From an uncultured virus (IMG/VR IMGVR_UViG_3300030376_002698) (taxonomy: Duplodnaviria; Heunggongvirae; Uroviricota; Caudoviricetes), in IMG/VR virus record IMGVR_UViG_3300030376_002698, positions 1 to 64,000 of that record: a stretch of 64,000 bases of DNA. The stretch is one strand, 5' to 3'. Both the position numbers and the translations under genes were made by a program. The notes below the pieces were generated by a model that did no database searches, was not told the origin of the DNA, and worked only from the letters and a program-made list of their open reading frames with translations. Positions 10,267-19,558 of this stretch are shown piece by piece (position 1 is the stretch's first letter; each line of letters starts with the position of its first letter).

Positions 10267-11100
10267 TTACAGCTCCGTAGTATCTACATTGTAAGCATCA
10301 ACCAATACTCTCCAACCATAAGTGTCTGACATAAACACAAGTCCAATACCTGTATTTTCAGTGGTAATAGTAAGGTCTGCTGTTGCACCTTGTATTTTTT
10401 TACCGTTTCTAGCTACGGTTAAATTGTTGTTATCAAAAGATGCAGCACTATCTAGTATGTGTATTTCATCACCAACTGCAGGGGATGCAGGTAAAGTAAC
10501 GGTAAATGCACCACCTGAAGTGTCTGCAAGTATTCTGTCTCCAGCTACTGCGGTAAAGTTTGCAGTGTAAGCAACCCATCTTTTAGCAAAGCCATTAATA
10601 GCACCAGTAGTTGTGATAGTATCAATAAACGCATCCTTAAAGTACAAAGAGGAAGTACCTAAGTCTACATCTGAATCTGTTTCAGGTGCAAATACGCCAT
10701 CAGCTAAAGTAGCTTGTACAGTACCTGCACATCTAAAGCTAAATTTGTCTGCACTGTGATCGTAAAAAATTTCACCTGAGTTAATAGATGAATTATCTCC
10801 GAATTGTATAATACCTATGTTGTTTAAATTACCTGAAATAAAAATGCCTGGTCTAGTATCATCTTCAACAAATATTGGTGCTAGTGAACTTTGGTTTGAA
10901 TGATTTACCGCATCTCTTACTACGTGTAACTTAGCAAGTGGTGTGCCTTCATTTACACCAACACTTACAGGTATATCCTTAAATATATTTTCTATAGTCA
11001 TTTTCTTAGTGGCAGTTGCACTGGTGTCTACTATAGGTAATACATCATCTGATGCACTAGACGTTAATGCTGTTAAATCACTAATCTTACTATCAGCCAT
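10267..11100 (-). CDS. Short fibre / head-fibre-like protein (module A)
   Basis: MADSKISDLTAL N-terminus and DTSGGAFTVTLPASP C-terminal fibre domain; homolog 47208..48002. Confidence 0.65.
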   Translation of the reverse strand: MADSKISDLTALTSSASDDVLPIVDTSATATKKMTIENIFKDIPVSVGVNEGTPLAKLHVVRDAVNHSNQSSLAPIFVEDDTRPGIFISGNLNNIGIIQFGDNSSINSGEIFYDHSADKFSFRCAGTVQATLADGVFAPETDSDVDLGTSSLYFKDAFIDTITTTGAINGFAKRWVAYTANFTAVAGDRILADTSGGAFTVTLPASPAVGDEIHILDSAASFDNNNLTVARNGKKIQGATADLTITTENTGIGLVFMSDTYGWRVLVDAYNVDTTEL

Positions 11101-11206
11101 GTTTTATCCTCTTTCTTAATACTTTTAATCTTTGTTTGTTCTTAGTTTGTTGTTTTGTATCTTTTTCTTTTGACTTCAATACGTCAACTAATTCACTAAA
11201 TTTCAT
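11093..11206 (-). CDS. Small basic protein, 37 aa
   Basis: Manual translation MKFSELVDVLKSKEK...LRKRIKHG; homolog 47995..48108. Confidence 0.6.
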   Translation of the reverse strand: MKFSELVDVLKSKEKDTKQQTKNKQRLKVLRKRIKHG

Positions 11207-11388
11207 TAGTTTTGAATTGGCGTATCAGTCTCATACGATACACCGACACCTTGTTCAAGTATGATGTTATCGCCACCCTCTTTTAAAAGGTAGGTTAAAT
11301 CTTCTAATAATATTGCATCATTCGGTACGTCAGTTCTACGGTTACGATACCTGTCCTGACTACGAATTGATATAAAACCTGGTCGCAT
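11206..11388 (-). CDS. Small structural-region protein
   Basis: QDRYR.RRTDVPN motif conserved in 48108..48281. Confidence 0.65.
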   Translation of the reverse strand: MRPGFISIRSQDRYRNRRTDVPNDAILLEDLTYLLKEGGDNIILEQGVGVSYETDTPIQN

Positions 11389-11675
11389 TATTGACTTAGT
11401 TCAGTTACTCTTGCAGTTCCTGTAGTAGAACCAATTCTTAAAAATGCAACTTTATCAGCACCAGCAACTCTTAAATACTCTACAGTAAAAGCTGGTAATA
11501 TAAATGATGATGAACTTGCAGTTGGTGCAGAAGAAATTTCTACATAAGCATCTACAGTTGAAACTATTCTAATATCTCTTGTCTGTGCATTAAAAGCACT
11601 TGAAGCAGCAGATGAGTCAGCTACGGCTACAGTCTGAGTAGCACCTGGTTTAAATGTTGTTGGAGCTTTAATCAT
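11388..11675 (-). CDS. Putative capsid decoration/cement protein
   Basis: Small Ala/Ser/Thr-rich beta protein right after the capsid gene; homolog 48283..48579. Confidence 0.5.
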   Translation of the reverse strand: MIKAPTTFKPGATQTVAVADSSAASSAFNAQTRDIRIVSTVDAYVEISSAPTASSSSFILPAFTVEYLRVAGADKVAFLRIGSTTGTARVTELSQ

Positions 11676-11687
11676 TTTTTTTCCTTA

Positions 11688-11718
11688 AATAAAAGGGAGG
11701 GGCCGAAGCCCCTCACCT
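11688..11718 (-). terminator. Rho-independent terminator after major capsid gene A
   Basis: GAGGGGC-TTCG-GCCCCTC stem with UUCG loop followed by a T-rich run. Confidence 0.85.
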
Positions 11719-11726
11719 AATTAGTT

Positions 11727-12674
11727 TTATTGGTTGATGTCAAGAATGATGCCGTGTGCAGCTTCATTTCTAACTTCAAGAGTATACTCAACTAAAAGTT
11801 GTTTCTTCTCAGAGTCACCAGTTTTGGCAAGATCCTGAACTTGGAAATCTCTTAGGTAAGCAGTTGCCATCATATCACGCTGAATGATAAATACATCTTT
11901 AGCGTCTGTAACAGCCATTACTCTGTTTGGTACCACTCTTAGGTCTCCGAAGTCTGAAGAATATACGTCAATAGCCGCAAATTCTGTCTTAGCTTCAGCA
12001 GGGCCAAAACGAGTTGTATTAGCGTTGAAACCTGAAATTACTTGTTTCACAGATGGTGGGCATACTAACATGTCCATTTCTCCACCTGACTCATACACCT
12101 CTTTGATAACAGTCTTAAGGATTGTTTCAGTTAAATCCCTGTCTGTTCCTGAACCTGGTAAGTCAGTACCTGAACCAGTAGAAAGTGAACCAGAAGTTCC
12201 TGCATCACCGTTAGTTTTTAACCAAGTAGGAATAGATCCTAGCTCTCTAGCAGCAGTTGCAGAACCTGATACTTGTATATTCGGTTCGATTAGATCGAAC
12301 TCCATATCTTTCTTTAGTTCTTTTGATTTTTTAGCAATCTGATAAGCCATTTCATCAGCTCTACCTGCAGCGTCAACAGCAGATTGAGTTCCTGAAAGTG
12401 CTATCACTTTGTCAGCAATTTGACAAAAGTTGAAAGCTCTAGTTGTTGCACTTAGTGCATCGATAGTTGCGTCATCACCTTCAATAACTGCGTTAGTTGC
12501 AGGTGTAGCGAGACTATCTAATTGCCATTCGTGTTTTGTAGACTTAGCTGCAGTTCTAGGAATTGCAGAAAGTATAGGAGTATCTTCGGGAGAAATGTTA
12601 TAAATTACATCCACTAAATCCTCTCTAATACCTACCGTCTCAAACGTATCGAATAAGTTTGTTGGTTGTGCCAT
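11727..12674 (-). CDS. Major capsid protein (module A; DUF5309/SU10-like)
   Basis: GIREDL.DVIYNI.P.DTP and LAKTGDS..Q...EYTLE motifs; follows scaffold; terminator downstream. Confidence 0.85.
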   Translation of the reverse strand: MAQPTNLFDTFETVGIREDLVDVIYNISPEDTPILSAIPRTAAKSTKHEWQLDSLATPATNAVIEGDDATIDALSATTRAFNFCQIADKVIALSGTQSAVDAAGRADEMAYQIAKKSKELKKDMEFDLIEPNIQVSGSATAARELGSIPTWLKTNGDAGTSGSLSTGSGTDLPGSGTDRDLTETILKTVIKEVYESGGEMDMLVCPPSVKQVISGFNANTTRFGPAEAKTEFAAIDVYSSDFGDLRVVPNRVMAVTDAKDVFIIQRDMMATAYLRDFQVQDLAKTGDSEKKQLLVEYTLEVRNEAAHGIILDINQ

Positions 12675-12693
12675 GTGGCCTCCTTGTTATTAG

Positions 12694-13674
12694 TTAGATT
12701 AAATTACGAAAAAACTTGGCAGCATCTCTGACTTGCCCAGTCTTACGTAGTTTTGAGAGTTGTTGACGTCTCGCCTCTGCATTAACCTGACCTTTACTTT
12801 TCGCCACTCCACCTTTGACAACTTTAGGAGCATTAGCCACTTTTTTCTTTATTCCTGGCTTTGCTTTTTGTAGATTACGATAGTTCATCGCATCTTTAAC
12901 AAGCATCACGTATCTGTGATCGTATACGCTATTAATTTCATTGTCATTAAATCCTATGTTGCCCAAATAGTCTCGCATTTGTTGTTTAAAACGAGGGCCT
13001 TTTTGCTCATCCATTAATTCAGGGACTTTTTGACTTAGAAGTTTTTGTTGTTCAGATAAGTATTTGTTAAACTCTTGAGCTTGTAACTCTTGAGTTTGCT
13101 GTGATACTTGAGCTAATTGTTCATGCTTTTTACGCATCTTATGCTCTAATCTTGCAGCTTCTACTGGATCTTCTTCATATAACTTCTCAAAATCAACTTC
13201 TGCGTATTCTTGTTGTAGTTGTGCTTGTGCAGCGTTGTTAAGTTCGTTCAGCTTAGTAAGTTTAGCTTCAACGTCTTTTTTGGATCGTTCAACAAATTCG
13301 CTTGACTGGTTTCTTTCCTGTGCAAGTTCCTGTGTTTTACGAGTGTAATCTGCATTTCGTTGATACCCTTGAATTAACTCTTCTAGGTTGACCGACAAAT
13401 CTGTACCGTCTATGGTTACAGTGTACATTGGTTCCTCAGAGTTCTCTTGTATATCACTCGACTCAGATGTTTCTTCTGCCTCATAAGACTCTGTCTCATT
13501 AGGACTTTCAGTTTCTTCAGTAAGAAGTCCTTCTTCTTCTGTTTCTACTGTTTCGGTTGGCTCCTCAGATACTTCTGTAGGAGCAGTTTCAACAGGTGCA
13601 GATTCATTATTAGTCATCAGACCTTTAATAAGATTTCCTGCATCTATTACGTTAGTTGCCTGGCTATCAGCCAT
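12694..13674 (-). CDS. Capsid scaffolding protein (module A)
   Basis: Acidic N-terminus, GYQRNADYTRKTQ motif, coiled coil, basic C-terminus. Confidence 0.8.
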   Translation of the reverse strand: MADSQATNVIDAGNLIKGLMTNNESAPVETAPTEVSEEPTETVETEEEGLLTEETESPNETESYEAEETSESSDIQENSEEPMYTVTIDGTDLSVNLEELIQGYQRNADYTRKTQELAQERNQSSEFVERSKKDVEAKLTKLNELNNAAQAQLQQEYAEVDFEKLYEEDPVEAARLEHKMRKKHEQLAQVSQQTQELQAQEFNKYLSEQQKLLSQKVPELMDEQKGPRFKQQMRDYLGNIGFNDNEINSVYDHRYVMLVKDAMNYRNLQKAKPGIKKKVANAPKVVKGGVAKSKGQVNAEARRQQLSKLRKTGQVRDAAKFFRNLI

Positions 13675-13727
13675 AACAGCCTCCTTTTTTTAAATTTTAC
13701 ACTCCTTATCAGGTTGGTGTATTCGAT

Positions 13728-14000
13728 TTAAGTCGAATTCTTTTTGATGTCGTTAAGTTGTACACTAGCTAATTTACCAGTGTCCATAACGGTTCGAAAA
13801 TGGTTTTCTACCTTGTCAGTAAGGTGATAGGCTAACCACAAAATTTTTCTTTCTTCATCTTCATCGTGTTTGGTAGCCAACAAAGCATTTTGATATTCTT
13901 GTTTTAAAACTTCAAATGCTTCTTTAAATAATGGTTCGTCTAGCAATAACTTTGCTTTTTCACCACGTGATCTTTCAGATTCTAAACTATTCTTTTGCAT
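13728..14000 (-). CDS. Conserved small protein between portal and scaffold
   Basis: Homolog 50929..51198 (TGKLAS motif). Confidence 0.7.
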   Translation of the reverse strand: MQKNSLESERSRGEKAKLLLDEPLFKEAFEVLKQEYQNALLATKHDEDEERKILWLAYHLTDKVENHFRTVMDTGKLASVQLNDIKKNST

Positions 14001-16200
14001 TATTAGGGTTTACCATAGTTCGTGCTACTTGGTCAAGTTCACTAAGTGCAGATTTTTGTTGTTCAAGCAAAGATTTTTGTGCTTGTTCTTGGATTTTCCC
14101 TTGTTGTACTATTTCTTCTTTAGCCAACATCGCATTGTTACGTAGTTCAGTTTCGTTAATTCTTGTACCGTATTGTAATTCTAGTTCTTTAATACGAGTT
14201 TCAAACTTCAAAATCATTTCTTGATAATCTTTTTCTAATTGTTTTATTTTCAGTTCGCTATCAATTTGTTTTCTGTAGTTCTCACCTTGAACTTGAAGCT
14301 GTGAAACTTTTTCAAACTCGGTAGGTTGTGGTGGCTGTGGTGGTGGCATGTTTTGCATACCAACATCAGGATCAGTAAAGAACGCATTAGGATTTTTAAG
14401 ACCAGCGTTTTCTACAATCTTACTGAGCGTGTTGTAAATGTTACGTAAGTTAACCATTGGCCCAACAGCAGAACCTTGTAGTTCTAAACCTTTTAGCTGA
14501 GTTTGTAATATGTTATTTAAAATAGCAAGTTGTTGATCTCTTGAACCAGTACCAAGTCCTACACTTATAGAAATGTTGCAACGGTTACGCCATTCCATAG
14601 GTCTAAACGGTACAAAGTTATTTCTTATTTTAATAATTCTTTCTTTGTCTTGGTGTTTGACAACTAATTCAAACATTTTTAAGAACATGTCTTTAACACC
14701 AGTCTCAGCAAAGATACGTGCAATAAGTTCTACACGCATTTGTGCTTGAGATAATATTGTGTTTACACCTGTTGCTGTTTTATTTAACGAGTCAGCATCC
14801 ATACCTTGTGAGTATCGAGTGATACCTGTGCGTTGCTCTCTTACCGTGTCAAGATATTCCAACATAGGGAACGCTTGATTGTTTATAGTTTGCGTTTGCA
14901 TTGGCATCATTACTTGACCAGGTGAACCTTTAGTTCTAACTACGCCACCAGGTCTGTTGGTTAATAGGTCATCAAGGTTGACCTGTCCATCCATAACTGC
15001 AACTCGGTTGTTGTTAGTTAGATACATGTTGTCTAGTAACTGACGCATAACTGTAGACTTGATTAACTGTAAGTCCTCAGTCATTTCAGATACAGAACGA
15101 CCATAAAATCTGTGTGGTACCATAATAGGTGTTACAGATACAAACGGTACGCTGTCGCATAGTTCGTTATCAAGTATCGTATAACCTTCAGTGCCTGCTA
15201 AAGTTATTTTTCTTAACTTAGCAATACCATCACCTTCTTCATCAATACGAATGTAACACTCGTAGATAGATATTTCATCAGTGCTTTCTTCACCTGCATT
15301 ACTGTCGTAGTCGTAATCTAGGTTTCTAAATCTTGTAGTTTTTTCTTCGTTGTATTTGTCTTGTGAGTCTGCAGGTAAACTATAAACCTTATCACTGTCA
15401 AACCCAGCTTCAATAAGTTGTGTTCTTGTAGCTGTAGTTCGGTGTGCTACAAAGTTTGCATCTTCAATACTTTTAGCTCTACGTTCAATAAGAAACTCTT
15501 CAGGTGGTATAGCTTCTATTTTTACTTTACCGTAAGTTTCTTCACGTTCAATTACCACATCATGTAAGTTTGGTATTGGTGTGTTTTCTATTTGGTCTAG
15601 CACCATAGGATCTACAGGCTGTCCTGATTCTTCTATCTGCTCTAGTATTTTATTTTTTTCTTTCTTTGCACTTTCATCTTCGTACTCAGTGTGTTCTTTT
15701 GCTACTACACCATCTTCATCCAACAACATAGTGTATTCATCTTCACTAAGTTTCTCGTATGTCTCACGTTCTACTTTGTTTGATGTGTTCCAATAAATTT
15801 TAGCTACACCATTTTTTTGTATTAGTGCATCTTTAAATAGTGTGTAAAGGGTAATAAAGCCATCGTTGTCTTTGTTAAAGACGTAGTTTAAATAGTCACT
15901 AGCTTGTTTTGCAACTTCTTCATCTTCTGCAGTAACAGGCTCACACTTAACAATTTCATCACTAGCAGCAAATGTTCTTAACAGGGTTGGTAAGATTGAC
16001 TCAATAACATCAGAAACATCAGTAGATACAACCTGTGATCTACCTTCTTGCTCGTTACCAAAAGGTTCACCGAAATAATATTCTAATGATTTTTGTCTTT
16101 GTTCTGTAATGTCAGAACCAATGTAACCTAAAGATGCTTTGATCTCTGAGCTAACTATCGAGCCAACTTCTAATTCTGTAAGTGGTTTACCTTTTGCCAT
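13987..16200 (-). CDS. Portal protein (module A)
   Basis: 737 aa after terL; YY.GEPFGNE..GRSQV and IPPEEF motifs; C-terminal coiled coil. Confidence 0.85.
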   Translation of the reverse strand: MAKGKPLTELEVGSIVSSEIKASLGYIGSDITEQRQKSLEYYFGEPFGNEQEGRSQVVSTDVSDVIESILPTLLRTFAASDEIVKCEPVTAEDEEVAKQASDYLNYVFNKDNDGFITLYTLFKDALIQKNGVAKIYWNTSNKVERETYEKLSEDEYTMLLDEDGVVAKEHTEYEDESAKKEKNKILEQIEESGQPVDPMVLDQIENTPIPNLHDVVIEREETYGKVKIEAIPPEEFLIERRAKSIEDANFVAHRTTATRTQLIEAGFDSDKVYSLPADSQDKYNEEKTTRFRNLDYDYDSNAGEESTDEISIYECYIRIDEEGDGIAKLRKITLAGTEGYTILDNELCDSVPFVSVTPIMVPHRFYGRSVSEMTEDLQLIKSTVMRQLLDNMYLTNNNRVAVMDGQVNLDDLLTNRPGGVVRTKGSPGQVMMPMQTQTINNQAFPMLEYLDTVREQRTGITRYSQGMDADSLNKTATGVNTILSQAQMRVELIARIFAETGVKDMFLKMFELVVKHQDKERIIKIRNNFVPFRPMEWRNRCNISISVGLGTGSRDQQLAILNNILQTQLKGLELQGSAVGPMVNLRNIYNTLSKIVENAGLKNPNAFFTDPDVGMQNMPPPQPPQPTEFEKVSQLQVQGENYRKQIDSELKIKQLEKDYQEMILKFETRIKELELQYGTRINETELRNNAMLAKEEIVQQGKIQEQAQKSLLEQQKSALSELDQVARTMVNPNNAKE

Positions 16201-16201
16201 A

Positions 16202-17461
16202 TTAAACTATATACCTTGTATCTACGTTAATTTCTCTTGTCCATACACTAGCAGTGCCAGGATCTATTGCACAGCCATATCTAAAACTATCGGCTCCATG
16301 TGATGCCCAGTTGTGCAAGGGTTTATTTTTAAATGTTTGCATTTTATCATCAAACTCTTTGCGGTATTGTCGCAAACAATCAATACCATACTTACATCGG
16401 TTTTTATCAAACCAACATTGATCTAATGTATTTCTTACCGCCTCAATACCATGTTGTATTTCTAGCTTTGGACATACATCAAAGTTAATACCTAAATCAT
16501 AGGCAACCTCTAAACGAGATTTACCTGTACCTAATTCTCTAGCTACAATATCATGTGGTGCTACATGACGGCTGTAGTTGTAACCTTTATCTTCTAAAAC
16601 ACCAGCATAGTGTGCCAGTGACTCACCTGAAGTTTCATAGTAATCTATCAGATGTATTTCGTTGCCAGTGCGTTGTGCAAACCAAATTGAAGTAGAATCA
16701 CCTATACCTAAGTCCCACCAGGTTTCTACACCAATACTATCATCGTAATCTACATCAGTGATTCTATTTTCTTTTTCAGCTTTTTGTATTTGTTTGCCAT
16801 AATAGGCCCCACTGACTGCAGCTTGGAAGCTACATTCATACTCTTGCTCATATTGATCTTCTGGCATAGTAGCTCTAGCAGATTCAAGTTCTTGAGCATC
16901 GATAATTTCTGTTTCACTTGCTCTATAAAGTTGTGCATACCAATCCTTTCCTGTTCGTTTTGCAAAATCATATACATCCCAAAACTGATTATGCCCCATA
17001 GGCGTACCAATAAAAATAACATAACCTAGTTTATCACTGATGGCAGGTCTGACAACCTCTGTCCATGTACGTGGTGACATGAGAGCAAACTCATCCATAC
17101 ATACACCGTCAAAACCTAAACCTCTAAGTGCATCGGGATTGTCCGAGCCGAAGATTTGTATACGTGATCCATTCCATAGATCAACCTTCAGTTCGGTTTC
17201 GTGACGTTTACCACCAAGTTTCATTAAGGGTTCTGTATATTCTTTTAAATAGTCGTAAGCGACTGCTTTACCCTGGCGATAGGTTGGTGCAATATACGCC
17301 AATCTTGCGTTTTGTATTTCACATGCAGTCATAATTAAATGATTGATGGCAAATACAGTCTTGCCAAATCTGCGATGACAGCAGATGACATTAAATCTTC
17401 TTAGATCGTTGTGTATCTTTTCTTGTAGTGGTCTTGGTTCGTAAGGTATTTCTAATTCCAT
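16202..17461 (-). CDS. terL: Terminase large subunit (module A)
   Basis: Walker A HRRFGKT, Walker B VCMDE, GTP coupling motif, WDLG and H.AD nuclease motifs. Confidence 0.92.
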   Translation of the reverse strand: MELEIPYEPRPLQEKIHNDLRRFNVICCHRRFGKTVFAINHLIMTACEIQNARLAYIAPTYRQGKAVAYDYLKEYTEPLMKLGGKRHETELKVDLWNGSRIQIFGSDNPDALRGLGFDGVCMDEFALMSPRTWTEVVRPAISDKLGYVIFIGTPMGHNQFWDVYDFAKRTGKDWYAQLYRASETEIIDAQELESARATMPEDQYEQEYECSFQAAVSGAYYGKQIQKAEKENRITDVDYDDSIGVETWWDLGIGDSTSIWFAQRTGNEIHLIDYYETSGESLAHYAGVLEDKGYNYSRHVAPHDIVARELGTGKSRLEVAYDLGINFDVCPKLEIQHGIEAVRNTLDQCWFDKNRCKYGIDCLRQYRKEFDDKMQTFKNKPLHNWASHGADSFRYGCAIDPGTASVWTREINVDTRYIV

Positions 17462-17529
17462 TACTTACGTCTATTCCAACGCTTTTTCCAAATCCAACTT
17501 TGTAATTTAGCTAATATCTTTTCTAACAT
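17461..17529 (-). CDS. Cationic Trp-rich micropeptide, 22 aa
   Basis: Manual translation MLEKILAKLQSWIWKKRWNRRK; stop overlaps the terL ATG. Confidence 0.45.
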   Translation of the reverse strand: MLEKILAKLQSWIWKKRWNRRK

Positions 17530-17539
17530 ATTAAGAACT

Positions 17540-17992
17540 TTAGTCATTAAGGATTTTGTTTATGTATTTTTGTGTTTCTTTTGGTAACTTATTAAAGTTA
17601 GAACCTTTTTTACGCCATTTGTCAACATTGCCTGGCCCCCAATTAAATGCAGCTAATGCACTTACCGTATCATTGTCATAACGGTCAAGCATAGCATTAA
17701 AATATTGTGTACCAAACCTTACGTTTTCAACAGGGTCAAATGGATCCTCTAATGGGTCAACACCAAAACCAGGTTGTTTTGCAGTATCATCCATAATCTG
17801 CATCAAACCTTTTGCACCAGTACGTTTGTTTACAGCTTTTGGATCACCTGAACTTTCAGCCATAATAATCTTTTGTATTAACGGATCAGTTGTAACATCC
17901 TCACCTTCTAACAAGCCTTTAAACTCACGAGGTAAATTTGCTGTAATAACTTTGTTAGCTATTGATAGCAAACCTTTTATACCATCAATCAC
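17540..17992 (-). CDS. Lytic transglycosylase (SLT domain), probable endolysin
   Basis: AESSG, GAKGLMQ, AAFNWGPGNV and ETQKY motifs; GTG 17992 preferred because the longer ORF overlaps terS. Confidence 0.85.
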   Translation of the reverse strand: MIDGIKGLLSIANKVITANLPREFKGLLEGEDVTTDPLIQKIIMAESSGDPKAVNKRTGAKGLMQIMDDTAKQPGFGVDPLEDPFDPVENVRFGTQYFNAMLDRYDNDTVSALAAFNWGPGNVDKWRKKGSNFNKLPKETQKYINKILND

Positions 17993-18275
17993 GTTTCTTT
18001 TTTCTCCAGCCAATGCTAACATTGACAGGCTTATCGTCATCACCACTAATAGTGCTATTAACCGAAGATAACCTTGAGTGTACATACGGTGCTGCTTTCT
18101 CTGCTGCCCACATTTTCTTCTCAGGGCTAGTTTTTTTAGTGTTAAGTATGTTTAACATGTAATCAAGCGGTGTTACAGTACCCTTGTTAAGCATTTTCTC
18201 TAAGCGTTCGTGTCTTGTTCCGTTTTTAACGCCTTTTGGTCTACCTGAACCTTCTCTTTTGCCGCCATGTTTCAT
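17985..18275 (-). CDS. terS: Terminase small subunit (module A)
   Basis: HGGKREGSGRPKG N-terminus and AAEKAAPYVH motif; homolog 56255..56542 abuts terL. Confidence 0.7.
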   Translation of the reverse strand: MKHGGKREGSGRPKGVKNGTRHERLEKMLNKGTVTPLDYMLNILNTKKTSPEKKMWAAEKAAPYVHSRLSSVNSTISGDDDKPVNVSIGWRKKKRD

Positions 18276-18293
18276 TTTTGTATCTTTCTTTTA

Positions 18294-18545
18294 TTACCAA
18301 TTCTTGCAAGACCAAAATCTTGCGGTTAATTTTGATGGTGGTGACGTATCACATCGGTGTCTAGCACGAAAAGACTTACGTCTACCAGGCATAGATTTCT
18401 TTATTGATAAATTTGGGTCACCATACCGTATTAATTTTACTTGTTTGCCTTGTTTTGCAAGTACCGCAAACTTTTTGGACTTACCTGGTGTGCGTTTTGG
18501 CTTATTGTAACCTGAAAAGCGTTCTCCTCTGTATGTAATAGCCAT
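18294..18545 (-). CDS. Small basic protein (RRKSF.AR motif)
   Basis: K/R-rich; RRKSFxAR shared with 53839..54120. Confidence 0.7.
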   Translation of the reverse strand: MAITYRGERFSGYNKPKRTPGKSKKFAVLAKQGKQVKLIRYGDPNLSIKKSMPGRRKSFRARHRCDTSPPSKLTARFWSCKNW

Positions 18546-18689
18546 TTTGACAGTTAATATCCTTATTTTTTATATTTTATGTACGTAATTTTTCATGTAT
18601 AGCATAGCTATATGATGAATCTATTTAATATTTACGGTGTTTTTTTAGTTATGTTTTTAAGTGCTTTATTAGTGCAAATATCAGCGTAG

Positions 18690-18827
18690 TTAAGCCATAA
18701 ACTTTCTGTTTTTAGCTTGTAACTTTTTGTTTTCTTTTAGTTTTGCAAAGTCAGCACCTGTTATTGCATTTCTTGGTTCTGCAACACGTGCAATCTTCAT
18801 TTGTTTTTTACTTAGTTTTTTTCCCAT
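18690..18827 (-). CDS. Small basic protein
   Basis: MGKKLSKKQMKIA...ITGADFAKLK; internal ATG preferred. Confidence 0.55.
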   Translation of the reverse strand: MGKKLSKKQMKIARVAEPRNAITGADFAKLKENKKLQAKNRKFMA

Positions 18828-19107
18828 TACTTTTCCTTTTAGCAAATGTTCTAACATTAGTGGGTTTACCACCAACCCCTTGTGCTTTCGATCGTTTACG
18901 TGAGACTGCAGACTTAATCTGTGCTGCGGTCATACCACGTGCTTTTGATCTTGGCACACACTTAGGGTATTTACGTTTAGATTTAGTCGCTGATTTACGG
19001 CCACATGGTTGAAACTTACCGTTCTTCTTTTTGGCTCCAATATCAACCCAATCCCCTTTTGACCCTTTGCCAAACCATGCAGTTAATCCACCAGTAGGTT
19101 TAGCCAT
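18808..19107 (-). CDS. Small basic protein (DUF5872-like C-terminal half)
   Basis: GLTAWF..WVDI..PCGR..YPKCVP motifs, recalled from memory. Confidence 0.6.
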   Translation of the reverse strand: MAKPTGGLTAWFGKGSKGDWVDIGAKKKNGKFQPCGRKSATKSKRKYPKCVPRSKARGMTAAQIKSAVSRKRSKAQGVGGKPTNVRTFAKRKSNGKKTK

Positions 19108-19262
19108 TACTTAGAGCGGTATCCGCCACCACGTTTTTTATAGGTACGTACTAAATATGCATTAGCATAAGCCGAAGGGTACACCTTAAATTTACGCTTA
19201 GTTTCAGCTTTGACCCTAGCGTATAAGGCTTTGTTAGTAGGGATTGCTTTTTTTTTAGCCAC
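19107..19262 (-). CDS. Small basic protein, 51 aa (DUF5872-like N-terminal half)
   Basis: Manual translation from GTG: AKKKAIPTNKALYARVK...YKKRGGGYRSK. Confidence 0.65.
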   Translation of the reverse strand: MAKKKAIPTNKALYARVKAETKRKFKVYPSAYANAYLVRTYKKRGGGYRSK

Positions 19263-19417
19263 TACTTACCAACCTTTTTTTGTGCAAGTTTATGTGCTTG
19301 CGTAAATGTCTTACCAGCTAACATAGATTTTTTCATAGCTGCCATGTGCTTTGCAGTATGGTGTTTACTATGTTTTTTCATAGTAGCTTTTTGTCGAGCT
19401 GTAAGTTGTTTCTTCAT
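19262..19417 (-). CDS. Small basic His/Lys/Met-rich protein, 51 aa
   Basis: Manual translation MKKQLTARQKATMKKHSKHH...; coupled stop/start overlaps at both ends. Confidence 0.65.
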   Translation of the reverse strand: MKKQLTARQKATMKKHSKHHTAKHMAAMKKSMLAGKTFTQAHKLAQKKVGK

Positions 19418-19503
19418 TACTTCTTTTTACCTTTTTTCTTCTTTTTTTTCTTCATTGATGGTCTGCCTTTAACAGATCCGTATGTTCCTTTACCCATTGG
19501 CAT
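19417..19503 (-). CDS. Poly-lysine micropeptide, 28 aa
   Basis: MPMGKGTYGSVKGRPSMKKKKKKKGKKK; strong RBS; homolog 58604..58696. Confidence 0.7.
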   Translation of the reverse strand: MPMGKGTYGSVKGRPSMKKKKKKKGKKK

Positions 19504-19558
19504 GATAGTTCTCCTTTGTTAGTGTTTAAATTGATTTTAAGGTACCTTACAGACGTAA

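Noticed and set aside
17993..18085. Hydrophobic N-terminal extension (SAR/signal) on the transglycosylase
   Set aside because: It lies inside terS in another frame; GTG 17992 with an upstream GGAG is more parsimonious, though the longer start is not excluded
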